A stretch of DNA of 64,000 bases from a virus (taxonomy: Duplodnaviria > Heunggongvirae > Uroviricota > Caudoviricetes). The stretch is from positions 93,793 to 157,792 of the IMG/VR virus record IMGVR_UViG_3300012983_000032, one strand, 5' to 3'. Below are positions 28,118-37,957 of this stretch, piece by piece. Position numbers and translations under genes: made by a program. A model generated the notes under the pieces. That model did not search any database, was not told where the DNA came from, and saw only the letters and a list, made by a program, of their open reading frames with translations. Every line of letters begins with the position of its first letter. Position 1 is the stretch's first letter.

Positions 28118-28765
28118 TTATTGATATTTTTCACAAGTATCACAAGAATTACAAGAATTACAAGACGCATAACAAGAAACACAGTCATTACATCCACTAT
28201 TACAAGATTGACAAGAAACACAACCATTACAAGCTTTATTACAAGTACCTTGACAACTATAACAATCTCCAACACACGACAAACAATCTGAATTACATGA
28301 TTGGCATGAATGACAATCATTACAATCATTACACGATGTATTACAAGATTGACAGGTAGTATTACAAACTGTTTGACAAACATTACAAGATTGACAGACA
28401 TTACAAGATTGACAAGTACTATTACAACTACTATTACATTTATTACAAGTACTATTACAACTTGAATTACATTTATTACAAATATTACTGTCACATTGAT
28501 TACAACTTTCAAAATTTGAATAGTCTATATTACAGTTATCATAACAAAAATTACAAGCTGAGTATTCTACGTTATTAAAAGTATAAGTTAAACTTTTTGT
28601 TGAACCTGTTAATCCTTGTGTCCCTCTTTTATAAAGTTTTACATATAAAATAGTACCATCAGACTGAATAATAGGTAAAGATGGTATAGTTTCGTCTGTA
28701 TAAAGAGGGTAAGATTCTTGTTTATTATCAAGGGTTACATAAAGTCTTTTATTAGTGATACTCAT
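28118..28765 (-). CDS. Cys-repeat protein with ~70-aa Cys-free N-terminal domain, putative radical SAM substrate / fibre-tip protein
   Basis: 215 aa, about 40 Cys in the C-terminal ~145 aa (CNKCNSSCNSTC repeats); starts 2 nt after the tail fibre stop. Confidence 0.8.
   Translation of the reverse strand: MSITNKRLYVTLDNKQESYPLYTDETIPSLPIIQSDGTILYVKLYKRGTQGLTGSTKSLTYTFNNVEYSACNFCYDNCNIDYSNFESCNQCDSNICNKCNSSCNSTCNKCNSSCNSTCQSCNVCQSCNVCQTVCNTTCQSCNTSCNDCNDCHSCQSCNSDCLSCVGDCYSCQGTCNKACNGCVSCQSCNSGCNDCVSCYASCNSCNSCDTCEKYQ
28412..28477. repeat. 33-nt near-perfect tandem duplication within the Cys-repeat gene
   Basis: acaagtactattacaactactattacatttatt / acaagtactattacaacttgaattacatttatt, encoding NKCNSSCNSTC twice. 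Confidence 0.85.
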
Positions 28766-28767
28766 AT

Positions 28768-31434
28768 TTACTTTGTTTTAATATAAATTTGGCCTACACT
28801 TGTACTAGAAGGATTAATATCTAATACAGTACCATATAAATTAGGTGTATACCCTGAACCGCAAGAATATAATGATAAAACTGTTCCAACACCCATTGTT
28901 TTTGTTACTGAACCACCATTTGGGTTTTTATACACAATAGTTGAATTTTTATTTGAGATAAAAGTTATATTTAATCCTGCTATAGAAGAACTATTAAGGG
29001 TTATTTTTATATCTGCGGTATTAATATAATATACCCTATCGTCTTCAAGATTTGATAGTGTTGTAGATGCAGATAAAGTTTGTCTTTTATTTAAATCGTC
29101 TTCATGAACGTGTTTTTCCCAACTTGTCCACTGCATTGTACTTCCACCATAAATCTTTGAACGTGTATAAATTCTATTAGTGGAATAAGCATATAGGATT
29201 TGAAATGTATAACTACTCATTAACTTAATAGATTGCATAGTAAAGTTTGTACAAGGTGCATTTGGGTATTCTGTATTATCAATTGCGTAATATTCACCTG
29301 GGCTTGTAAGAGTATTTAAGTCTGTTCCAGTTGCAATTTGAGTTCTTTTTAAAGATTCGTGAGTATGTGACTTATCTGCTTTCCCACTTATATCCTGATG
29401 AGAAGTTAAGAATGTACTACCTTTATTTGCAGTAATTACACCATTAGAATAACTTATTGAAGTTATTGCATTTCCAGAGCCTGATGATGTAACACTTATA
29501 TCCTCTAAATATGAAATCATTCTCCAATTTGGAGTATATTCACTACCGTTACATATATACTCTGCAATATGGCTTGTAGGGAATTTAGTATAACCATTTG
29601 TAGAAGTAAAAGATACTGTAGGGGAAGAGTGTATCCTTAATCTGAACATTCCCTTATCATAGGCAGTTGCTGTACCCATAAATTCAATTATTACACCAGC
29701 AAGTTGTAACTCATAATTTACATTGTTTATAGTAAGTTGTAAGATATCATTACCTGCATAAGACCAAGAAGTTTGAATAACACAAAAACTTGTAGAACCA
29801 ATAGGAATATATTCACTGTTTATCAGCCAATTCATTAATGTAGATAAAGATATTTTTTGTTGTGCTGTACTACCTGTTTTAATTGTAATATTAGTAGTTA
29901 CCAATCTTTTTGCGGTTAATACATTTTTATCTTTATCAGCAGTGTTATCTACATTTTCTAATCCAATATTACCTTTAGTAATATTTATATTTCCTGTTCT
30001 ATAACTTGTTTCAGAGTTACCTTTTACCCCTGTTACTGTGTTTACTTGAGCCCCAGACTCAATACCATCTAATTTGGTTTTATCTGTAGAAGACATAAGT
30101 CCACTTACAGAGGTACTTGCGGCAGTTACAGTTTTTTTAGTTGCAGTTATTTTACCATTTGTATCCTGTGATATAGTATCAATAAACGAAGTAGTATTAC
30201 CACTTGCAGTAGGGGACAACACGGCAGATTGTACGGTTTTATAATTACCACTATCTTGTTTCCCTGCTAATGCGTCTACTAATCCATTAACTTGAGACTG
30301 AGTAATTGCTATATTTCCAAAGGTAGCACTTACTTTACCGTCTGTTTCACTAAATGCCGTTAAAGTTTTTCCAGCCCCAGGTGTACCTGAAACTGTTGCG
30401 TCTAATGCACTGATAGCATTTTTTCTATTTGTAATTTCTGTATTTAATGCGTCTTGTACTGTTTTTACTGCATTTGCAGTTGCAGCTTCTGAGGTTGAAT
30501 TAGACGAAACGGAGTTGTTAAGCTTAACAATACCTGCTACAGTCGTAGAAGATGTTGGCAAATTTGCTTTTGTAGCAGAAATAAGACCTTGAGTCTGACT
30601 TACACTTGTAATAAAACTAGTACTAGTTCCTGATGCTGTTGGACTGCTAGCGTTTAATGCGTCAATTAAATTTGAACCACCTAATGGGTCCCATTTTGTA
30701 CCTGTCCAAACATAGTTATCACTAGTATCATTTACATTTCTTACGTCACCTGCGGTATTATTTGTTGAAGGTAATTTACTAAAGGTTTCTACACTATCCT
30801 TTATACGGTAAACATTACCCAAAGATTGAATTGCATTATAAACTGCTTTAGAAGAAGGTGCATTAAGGTCTGTAGAAGTTTTAGATATGCTGGTGTCGAA
30901 AGTTTGAGAAGTTGCAGTAATAACACCATTATTTTCTTTAATAGTTTTAATATAACTTCCAGATTCTCCAACTTCTGCTACGTTCAAATTATTTATGGCT
31001 GTACTTATTGCTGTATTTCTATTTGTTACTTCTGTTGAAATTGCTGAAGATACTGCTATACTATTTACTGCTACTTTACTATCATTAACTATAGTAGATG
31101 AAGTTTTAATGGCTGTTGCAGATATTTTACCGTCAGTTTCTGATATTTGACTTATATATGAGTCTTCTCCACCGATTGAAGGAACTTGTAAACTTTCAAT
31201 TTTCTCTTTAAGTTTATCATCTTGATTCTCAAGTACTTTTGTTAAATCAATATTGATATTTTCATCACCGGTATTAGGATTATATTGTTTTTCCTGCTCA
31301 ACCCCATCTAAAGATATAGATAAAGTACTATCAGGTCGATTTTTTATATAAGCATCATTGTTTAAGTCTTTAACACTAAAGTCTGACTGTACATTTATGT
31401 CAGAAGTTTTCTTTCCGTATCTATAAACTGCCAT
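28768..31434 (-). CDS. Long tail fibre protein
   Basis: 888 aa. About six YIxxIxxxxGxIxAT repeats, AGIVKLNNSVSSNSTSEAATANAVK fibre repeat, GLMSSTDKTKLDGI, HTH, pyocin-knob-like DLNTLTSPGEYY...YTR...WTSW, ends GQIYIKTK. Confidence 0.85.
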   Translation of the reverse strand: MAVYRYGKKTSDINVQSDFSVKDLNNDAYIKNRPDSTLSISLDGVEQEKQYNPNTGDENINIDLTKVLENQDDKLKEKIESLQVPSIGGEDSYISQISETDGKISATAIKTSSTIVNDSKVAVNSIAVSSAISTEVTNRNTAISTAINNLNVAEVGESGSYIKTIKENNGVITATSQTFDTSISKTSTDLNAPSSKAVYNAIQSLGNVYRIKDSVETFSKLPSTNNTAGDVRNVNDTSDNYVWTGTKWDPLGGSNLIDALNASSPTASGTSTSFITSVSQTQGLISATKANLPTSSTTVAGIVKLNNSVSSNSTSEAATANAVKTVQDALNTEITNRKNAISALDATVSGTPGAGKTLTAFSETDGKVSATFGNIAITQSQVNGLVDALAGKQDSGNYKTVQSAVLSPTASGNTTSFIDTISQDTNGKITATKKTVTAASTSVSGLMSSTDKTKLDGIESGAQVNTVTGVKGNSETSYRTGNINITKGNIGLENVDNTADKDKNVLTAKRLVTTNITIKTGSTAQQKISLSTLMNWLINSEYIPIGSTSFCVIQTSWSYAGNDILQLTINNVNYELQLAGVIIEFMGTATAYDKGMFRLRIHSSPTVSFTSTNGYTKFPTSHIAEYICNGSEYTPNWRMISYLEDISVTSSGSGNAITSISYSNGVITANKGSTFLTSHQDISGKADKSHTHESLKRTQIATGTDLNTLTSPGEYYAIDNTEYPNAPCTNFTMQSIKLMSSYTFQILYAYSTNRIYTRSKIYGGSTMQWTSWEKHVHEDDLNKRQTLSASTTLSNLEDDRVYYINTADIKITLNSSSIAGLNITFISNKNSTIVYKNPNGGSVTKTMGVGTVLSLYSCGSGYTPNLYGTVLDINPSSTSVGQIYIKTK

Positions 31435-31507
31435 TTATTTTCTCCTCTTACACGTATATAAGTAATTAGTGGAATACTTTTCCTAATTTAAAGTTAATAT
31501 GAATGTT

Positions 31508-31873
31508 ATGGAAGAAAAAGTTTCAAGAAGGAGTACTGACGATAAAGAATGGCAAGAAACAAAAAGACTTGCCCATATTAGAGATAAAAATATGTGTGTA
31601 CTATGCAGACTTCTTACACCCACAGAATATGCAAAGTTTCAGCAAAGTAGACCTTTAATGCCAATGTTAATTGAGGTAGCTCATATTGAGGCTGTAGCAA
31701 ATCACGTAGAAAAAGTATATGACCTAGATAATGTTGTATGTTTATGCCACGCTATGCACGATAGGCTTGACCGTATGCAAGACCCTGTTACCGGTAAAAA
31801 TATATCTAAGTCTATTCAATTAGACTGGTGGCAAAGAATCATCGAGGGCAGGGATAGACTCGCCAGCCGTTAA
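31508..31873 (+). CDS. HNH endonuclease
   Basis: RDKNMCVLC...EVAHI...DLDNVVCLCHAMH. ATG 31508 preferred over 31499 from its spacing to a GTTAATAT motif. Confidence 0.75.
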   Translation: MEEKVSRRSTDDKEWQETKRLAHIRDKNMCVLCRLLTPTEYAKFQQSRPLMPMLIEVAHIEAVANHVEKVYDLDNVVCLCHAMHDRLDRMQDPVTGKNISKSIQLDWWQRIIEGRDRLASR

Positions 31874-32044
31874 ATCGTCATCATTATAAGTTAAATATGT
31901 TGTACCATTGTTTTTTACTTCGTCAGAAAGTTGTTGATAAGCACTCTCTGGGAGAGTAACAATATTGTCTCTAGTAATATTACGAGGTCTATCAGTTTTA
32001 GTTCTATCTAAAACTACAGCGTCATTATTTATAAGATTTATCAT
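31820..32044 (-). CDS. Small fibre-associated protein
   Basis: 74 aa, SD GAGG; LPESAYQQLSDEVKNNGTTYLTY module shared with the upstream gene. Confidence 0.55.
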   Translation of the reverse strand: MINLINNDAVVLDRTKTDRPRNITRDNIVTLPESAYQQLSDEVKNNGTTYLTYNDDDLTAGESIPALDDSLPPV

Positions 32045-32055
32045 ATGTACCTCTC

Positions 32056-32583
32056 TTAGTATGTAAGATAAGTAGTACCATTATTTTTCAATTCGTCAGA
32101 AAGTGCTTGGTACTCGGCATCTGGCATAAGTTGAATAGCATTTGCAGATAAATTATCTTTATCTATGATACCCTCTTCCTCAGTAGCCTCAAATGCAAAA
32201 TTAAACTTTTGTGCAAAATAATAAATACCTACAGTAACTTTTTCATTTTCATAATCCATTACATTTACAAAAAAATGTTCAGATTGTTTAATTACAATTT
32301 TATTAACGTCCAATAGTAAAAAAGCCTCTGTAAGAAGAGCCATACACTCTGTTTTAAGAGTAGTTGAATTAGGTAAAGAGGAAAAGTCTACATTACTAAC
32401 ATAATTTAATACTGCGTCAGTAAAATCTTTTTTAGTTTTATATTCATTTGTAGACCAGTTAAATTGTATATTATTCTTAACTGCGGGATTTGACCAATGT
32501 TGTGCCCCTACTCTTTTTAATAGAATATTTGCACCATCCTTATACTGACTCATAACTTCAATTTTTTTATCTGTAGATATCAT
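32056..32583 (-). CDS. Small virion/fibre-associated protein
   Basis: 175 aa; C-terminal MPDAEYQALSDELKNNGTTYLTY resembles the 'AEYDAL...TLY' fibre-end module. Confidence 0.55.
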   Translation of the reverse strand: MISTDKKIEVMSQYKDGANILLKRVGAQHWSNPAVKNNIQFNWSTNEYKTKKDFTDAVLNYVSNVDFSSLPNSTTLKTECMALLTEAFLLLDVNKIVIKQSEHFFVNVMDYENEKVTVGIYYFAQKFNFAFEATEEEGIIDKDNLSANAIQLMPDAEYQALSDELKNNGTTYLTY

Positions 32584-32596
32584 TTACTTTCCCCTT

Positions 32597-33448
32597 TTAT
32601 CTATTAATTTCTTCACTCTCTTCTATATCAGACGGTAATCCGTGTCTATATACCTTAGTTATACCTTCCACAGGAACCCAAGCACCACCTGAAATTTTTA
32701 CATTGCCTCTCCAAAGAACGTCCTCTATATTTTCTTGTGTAACAAGAACATTTGTATCTGGCTCATCTTTCTTATCATACCATTTACCATTATCAGGAGG
32801 TAAGATATAATTTGTATTCTCTTTATTTCCTCTAACTTTAAATGTAGCGGTATTTGCCAGAGTATTTGCATTCATAAAGTGTGTGATATTATCACGGAAA
32901 GGTAACTCTCCACCACCTTCAATATCTGTACCAAAAGTACCTTTTCTTCCTGTGTATTTATAGAAAGATATGCTTAATTGAGAGTCTTTAATTTTCTCCA
33001 AAAAGTCTTTATCTCTAAAATATAAAACTCCCGCAGTCTCGTCTAATATTGGGTCGCCCATACCAAATGCCAATTTATTCCCATCAAGAAATAATATAGG
33101 ATTATATGACTTTCCAAATGTTTCGGTTATTATATCCTTGAAGTCTTCTGCACTATAACAATTTGAAGTACCTTTAACTCTACCTAATGGAAGTTTATTA
33201 TAGTACTTTATTAAATTATGATTTGCAGAACCCGCAAAAAATCTTTTAAGTATTGCATACTGATATGGTCCAAATTCGTTAACTTCTTCATGTAATAATA
33301 CACCTTCTAAAGACGGTGCCACCTCAGGAATCATCATTGAGTCACGCCATATTTGTTGTTGTATAACTGCACGACCCATAGTTTTTATAGGTTCTTCAAA
33401 ATTCTCGCGTGCAGTTTCTACATTAGAAGTAGTTCTTTTATTCTCCAT
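32597..33448 (-). CDS. Virion structural protein, short member of the paralogue family
   Basis: LAFGMGDPILDETAGVLYF...ISFYKYTGRKG domain shared with 797..2830 and 33448..37896. Confidence 0.6.
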   Translation of the reverse strand: MENKRTTSNVETARENFEEPIKTMGRAVIQQQIWRDSMMIPEVAPSLEGVLLHEEVNEFGPYQYAILKRFFAGSANHNLIKYYNKLPLGRVKGTSNCYSAEDFKDIITETFGKSYNPILFLDGNKLAFGMGDPILDETAGVLYFRDKDFLEKIKDSQLSISFYKYTGRKGTFGTDIEGGGELPFRDNITHFMNANTLANTATFKVRGNKENTNYILPPDNGKWYDKKDEPDTNVLVTQENIEDVLWRGNVKISGGAWVPVEGITKVYRHGLPSDIEESEEINR

Positions 33449-36400
33449 TATATAATATCCTCTATAGAAATACTTTCAAATGAAAGATTACTTGTTCTCT
33501 TTATACCTACACGAATTGCAAGTTTTCCAGAATAAGTAGACTTTCCAAAAGTTACTCTTTTCTTTGTAGCATTAGAAGAACCTGCATACATACCTGCTTG
33601 TCCATCTTCTGTTCCTACTTCTGCAAATCCGTCATAAGGTGAGTTACAGTCTACCCAACTACAATTTGACTGGTCACCCTCTTTTTCAGGGTTAAAAGTT
33701 TTTGCTTGGATAATAATATTCTCAGTAGTCATAGAATATTTATCTTCTACCCAAATATCTTTTTTATCCTCAGCAATATTAAACTTCATAGTAAAACCTG
33801 ATGCTTCATTTAATACTATAGGTTCAAGACTGCCATTCTTTCCAAATTTTGTAATGGTTACCCAACGATAAACGTCTTCACCGATTGTGTCTCCATTTGT
33901 AACCGTTGTGTAGTCTGTTAATGTACCATCAATACTTGAGTATCTACCGTCTGGCCAACGATACTCATACACTGTTTCACCGTTTTCAAGGTTGCGGGAC
34001 ATCTTCATTAATTCATTGGTATTTGTAGTTTCCAGGTTTTTATAACTCTCATAAGGATATCCACATTTACCACTTGTACGAGAATCATAAATAGGATTTA
34101 TACCTGTACCTGAGTAAACACGTTCAGATTCGTCAATATGAGATATGTTTAATTTAAGAATATCATACAAGTTTGTTGGTATTCTCTTTTCATTACCATA
34201 TACGTCTCTTACAATTATGTAAAAGTTTTCTTCTGTATAAGCTTTATCTACAATAAAGTTGTATTCAAAATTAGAAACGGTAATATCATACATACCGTCT
34301 AATCCCTGAGTAAAGGTCATATTACCCATAGGGATATCAGTATAAGTATCGTGACACTCATCATAGAGTTTTAATACTATACCGTCGTTACAAACTTTAT
34401 CAATAGCATTTTGTATAATAAAACTAAACTTGAAAGTAAAATCTTTATTTATTGTTCTAACACCTGAACATATACCCTCATTAAGAAGTTTATTAAGTAC
34501 GTCAGTATTTATACCTCTAGTTGGATTTACAGTAGCAGTAAAGTCATCTACTTCAAAGTCTTTAGGATTAACAGCATCAAAACTTAAAACGTCTGTTCCA
34601 ACAAGTGGATTAATAAAGGCTGGTGCCTTTGGAGTAATATCAGTCATAGAAAGTCTAAACTTGTGATTACCCTCAGTAATATCTTCTGTGTGTTTGAAGT
34701 CTACATTTACTGCGTTCCAATATCCCTGACCTGCCATTTCGTTCTCATATGGGTCAAATGATTTTGAAATATGAATAGTTGGTTCATTAACTTCTACCCC
34801 AGGAACACAATCTACAGAAGTTTCTACTCCGTCAGTTGCCGCGTTAAATGTACAACCTTCTCCAATATAAATTGCAGACTTCCATTTAGGTTCAGTAGTT
34901 GGAGTTTTTGCTCTAAATTTTACAACTCTGTCGTCCTTATGAATATCATATGCAACCTTTAAAGAGTTACCTTGTATTTTTCCAGAACTAACATCAAAAT
35001 ATGTTATAGTCTTATAGTCTTCAAAAGGTTCAAGAGTAGTAGTATCAAGAAGTGCAGGGTGTTTAACCCAAAGTTTTCTAAGTTCTTGGTTTACTTTATC
35101 AAAAGCCTCTGCAATTGTTTCTCCACCTAATGCTAATGCACCAAGACCATTCTTTGAACCATCTTCTGAGTCTTTCCAAGACCAACATAAATGTTCACCT
35201 GTTGTATAAATTGGTAAAACCATATATGCAACATCTTGATAAGCACGGTCTAATTTTTCAAACTTACTACCATTCCAAATTACCCAGTCACCAGCAGTAA
35301 ACTCAAGAGGCTTTTCTTCCCCCTCTTGCAATGCAGCTTTTTGGATTGTTGCAGGTTTGTCTTCATCAATTTTTGATGCACTAACAATCCAGAACCAACC
35401 AGGCTGTAATTTTTCATCTTGTGTTTTATCTACAGAAAGATTCTTTGCGGCATCCTCATAAGTAGGGTATGCCCCACCGTCTACATAAGTGTCCCCGTCA
35501 GGAACTTCAAAAGACCAAGTACCAACCAATAAAAGACCACCATAGGAAATAGAGTCAGGTAATTGTTCAAGAGGAACTTTTCCATTAGGGTTCAAGTCTG
35601 CTTTTGTTGCATAAATATCTTCTAATACTTCTTGCAAATTACCGTCAGGGACTTTTTCAGTTGCCGAAAGACCCTCATAATCATTATCTCTAATAAGTCT
35701 TTCAGTTATAACAGTTATTCTGTTTGCCTTAATACAACAAGTTAATCTTCCTAAGTCGTCTATTTCAAGTACTTCGTCATCGAGTTTTATTTCTATTTTA
35801 TTACCATTTTCAGAGTCATAAACAACTTCAAAAGGTGCTGCAAAACTTACATATTCTATGTTCTGATTATTGTTCTTTGCATAGATAGGCATGTGTGCCA
35901 TATGTGGAACTTGAGAGAAAGGAGTGTCCTCAAAGTTAATAACTGTACTATCCCAAACATTAGTTTGTGCAGGTTTACTATAAACAGTATTTATAAAACT
36001 ACCTTTTACAATATCACCTTTTACATCATGAAGAACAAGTTTATTAACAGTACTACCCATTACAAAAGTATATCCTGTTGAGAAATCAACTTCCCCGATA
36101 ATTGAATTAACTATCTGATTACAGATTACACTACCTTCAATATCTAATGTGTCTGAATTACATATAACTTTGTTAAAAGAACTATCCTTTACAATAAATT
36201 GATTTTCACCTTTAGATAAAGTTACATTTTCACCAATTACATTTGATATAATTATTTTTTGAGTAAATGTATTTACATTTATGTTTTTAAGGGTAATATT
36301 TTGGATAGTAATAAGACCATTACTTAAATTACCAAAGTTAATATCTCCCTCAATTACAGTTGTAGCTTTATCTTCACCAATAATATTAAGGTTAGTAAAC

Positions 36401-37896
36401 TTACTTAAATTAAGTTTATCTGAAACTCTATAGTTTCCAGACCTTATAAATATTGAGCCTGTAAAATTAAAGTCCCCATTTTCGTCTGTGTAGTCATATA
36501 TAATTTGAGAAAGTATATCGTCTAAATAATAACTATCTGTATTTCTTACAACATAATCTGCAGACTTATTCAAAATAGAGTTTTCTTCTGCAATTGTAAC
36601 AGAATAATTTCTAGGACCATAATAGTCTGGTGTTATAGAGTCACTGTAAGAATCTACTATTGAACCTAATGCAAGACTAGGTGGAACTTTACCATTTGCA
36701 ACTACTACTGGGAAACCGAAATTATAGTATGAGTCTTCATTTGTCTTAAAAGGTAAATACTCTTGAACTTTATTATCCCAATAAAGTAAAATACCATAAG
36801 TTTCTGTTTCTTCTATAGTTACTTTATAAGTTCCTGCCTCAATAGAACCGTCTGTTTCTATAACTATAAAGTCTTCACCGTCGGCAAGTTTTAATATACC
36901 TTTTTTAATACTCTTAGCAGTACCATTATTAAAAGAAATAATATTTCCCTCAACTTTAATATTATATTCACCAGGGATAATATTGTTTGAGGTAAAAGTA
37001 ATTTTAATATCTTCATTATTACAAGTACTTTTTACTCTAGAGAGTAAAGTACCTACTTCTGCATTGGAAGAGTTATCATACCCCTTAACTCTATCATTAC
37101 TAGATGTATAAGCTAATGCAATTACTTTTTGGAAACTATATGCAATACCTACATTTTCATCTGCTCCGTCAAAACCATATTTATCTGAAAATCCTGGTTC
37201 AACTTTATCCGATATACCTTTAATAACAGACTCTAATGTTTTATTGTCATTTTCTGTGTCAATAATATAAGTGTCTTTAGAAATGTGCCAATTTGTAATT
37301 GGTAAAATTATACCGTCATAACCTACAGTGTCTTGTCTAAATCCGTTTCCACCAATATATTGATAAAAAGAAATTTTTGGTGGGTTATTATGGTCAACTC
37401 CAGGTGGAACATCACCATAAAATGTAAGTACACCTGCATTTACATCTAATACCCAGTCACCTACACCAAAATATATTTTTTTACCCTCACTTGTTTTAAG
37501 AGAATAATTATATACGTCTGAACAGTAATTAAAAGGGATTATATTTTTTATCTGAGTTTCTACACCATCTACTTCCTGAACAAGTTTAAAGGCATTATCT
37601 GTACCCGCATCTATGGCTTGTAAAGGATAGTCTTCATAGTACTTTACAATACCGATTTCTTCACCTTCACTTTTAGTAAATCCATAAACTTGACCATTTT
37701 GTAATTTTCTTATTTCTGCTAAACCTTTAGGATTATCTTCCCTAGGAATTTGGTCTCCATACATTAAGAGTTGGTCAGGTCTTACATAAAAAGAAGATTT
37801 TATTGCCTCTTCATAAAAGTCTCTGCTAGAACGAGTATCTGCAACACCAATGTGGCGTTTATATACAAGATTTGATTTTTGTTCAGTATTTAACAT
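33448..37896 (-). CDS. Large fibre/tailspike-like protein with probable right-handed beta-helix
   Basis: 1482 aa; shared N- and C-terminal paralogue domains; IFIRSGNYRVSDKLNL...NIIGEDKATTVI...ITIQNITL beta-helix entry; KADLNPNGKVPLEQLP and FTAGDWVIWNG fibre motifs. Confidence 0.7.
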   Translation of the reverse strand: MLNTEQKSNLVYKRHIGVADTRSSRDFYEEAIKSSFYVRPDQLLMYGDQIPREDNPKGLAEIRKLQNGQVYGFTKSEGEEIGIVKYYEDYPLQAIDAGTDNAFKLVQEVDGVETQIKNIIPFNYCSDVYNYSLKTSEGKKIYFGVGDWVLDVNAGVLTFYGDVPPGVDHNNPPKISFYQYIGGNGFRQDTVGYDGIILPITNWHISKDTYIIDTENDNKTLESVIKGISDKVEPGFSDKYGFDGADENVGIAYSFQKVIALAYTSSNDRVKGYDNSSNAEVGTLLSRVKSTCNNEDIKITFTSNNIIPGEYNIKVEGNIISFNNGTAKSIKKGILKLADGEDFIVIETDGSIEAGTYKVTIEETETYGILLYWDNKVQEYLPFKTNEDSYYNFGFPVVVANGKVPPSLALGSIVDSYSDSITPDYYGPRNYSVTIAEENSILNKSADYVVRNTDSYYLDDILSQIIYDYTDENGDFNFTGSIFIRSGNYRVSDKLNLSKFTNLNIIGEDKATTVIEGDINFGNLSNGLITIQNITLKNINVNTFTQKIIISNVIGENVTLSKGENQFIVKDSSFNKVICNSDTLDIEGSVICNQIVNSIIGEVDFSTGYTFVMGSTVNKLVLHDVKGDIVKGSFINTVYSKPAQTNVWDSTVINFEDTPFSQVPHMAHMPIYAKNNNQNIEYVSFAAPFEVVYDSENGNKIEIKLDDEVLEIDDLGRLTCCIKANRITVITERLIRDNDYEGLSATEKVPDGNLQEVLEDIYATKADLNPNGKVPLEQLPDSISYGGLLLVGTWSFEVPDGDTYVDGGAYPTYEDAAKNLSVDKTQDEKLQPGWFWIVSASKIDEDKPATIQKAALQEGEEKPLEFTAGDWVIWNGSKFEKLDRAYQDVAYMVLPIYTTGEHLCWSWKDSEDGSKNGLGALALGGETIAEAFDKVNQELRKLWVKHPALLDTTTLEPFEDYKTITYFDVSSGKIQGNSLKVAYDIHKDDRVVKFRAKTPTTEPKWKSAIYIGEGCTFNAATDGVETSVDCVPGVEVNEPTIHISKSFDPYENEMAGQGYWNAVNVDFKHTEDITEGNHKFRLSMTDITPKAPAFINPLVGTDVLSFDAVNPKDFEVDDFTATVNPTRGINTDVLNKLLNEGICSGVRTINKDFTFKFSFIIQNAIDKVCNDGIVLKLYDECHDTYTDIPMGNMTFTQGLDGMYDITVSNFEYNFIVDKAYTEENFYIIVRDVYGNEKRIPTNLYDILKLNISHIDESERVYSGTGINPIYDSRTSGKCGYPYESYKNLETTNTNELMKMSRNLENGETVYEYRWPDGRYSSIDGTLTDYTTVTNGDTIGEDVYRWVTITKFGKNGSLEPIVLNEASGFTMKFNIAEDKKDIWVEDKYSMTTENIIIQAKTFNPEKEGDQSNCSWVDCNSPYDGFAEVGTEDGQAGMYAGSSNATKKRVTFGKSTYSGKLAIRVGIKRTSNLSFESISIEDII

Positions 37897-37957
37897 TTAA
37901 AATAATCCTTCCTTAAAAGTAATTCGTATTAAATTAGTTATAAGGAGGATTATCTTG

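Noticed and set aside
28118..28510. Possible CRISPR array or DGR repeats in the acaag/ttaca-rich DNA
   Set aside because: Repeats are in-frame coding repeats without a constant repeat plus unique spacers; no cas or reverse transcriptase gene, and no TR/VR pair differing at adenines was seen.
27465..28512. Alternative-frame ORFs (27465+, 27490+, 28085+, 28102-) rich in V/I/T/H/Y
   Set aside because: Shadows of the repetitive TGT-AAT codon pattern of the Cys genes; no independent SD or domain.
27184..28765. Multiheme cytochrome c interpretation (CSGCH, CGGCH, CNDCH)
   Set aside because: Only a few CxxCH among about 100 Cys, no signal peptide and no heme maturation genes; expected by chance in CxxC repeats.
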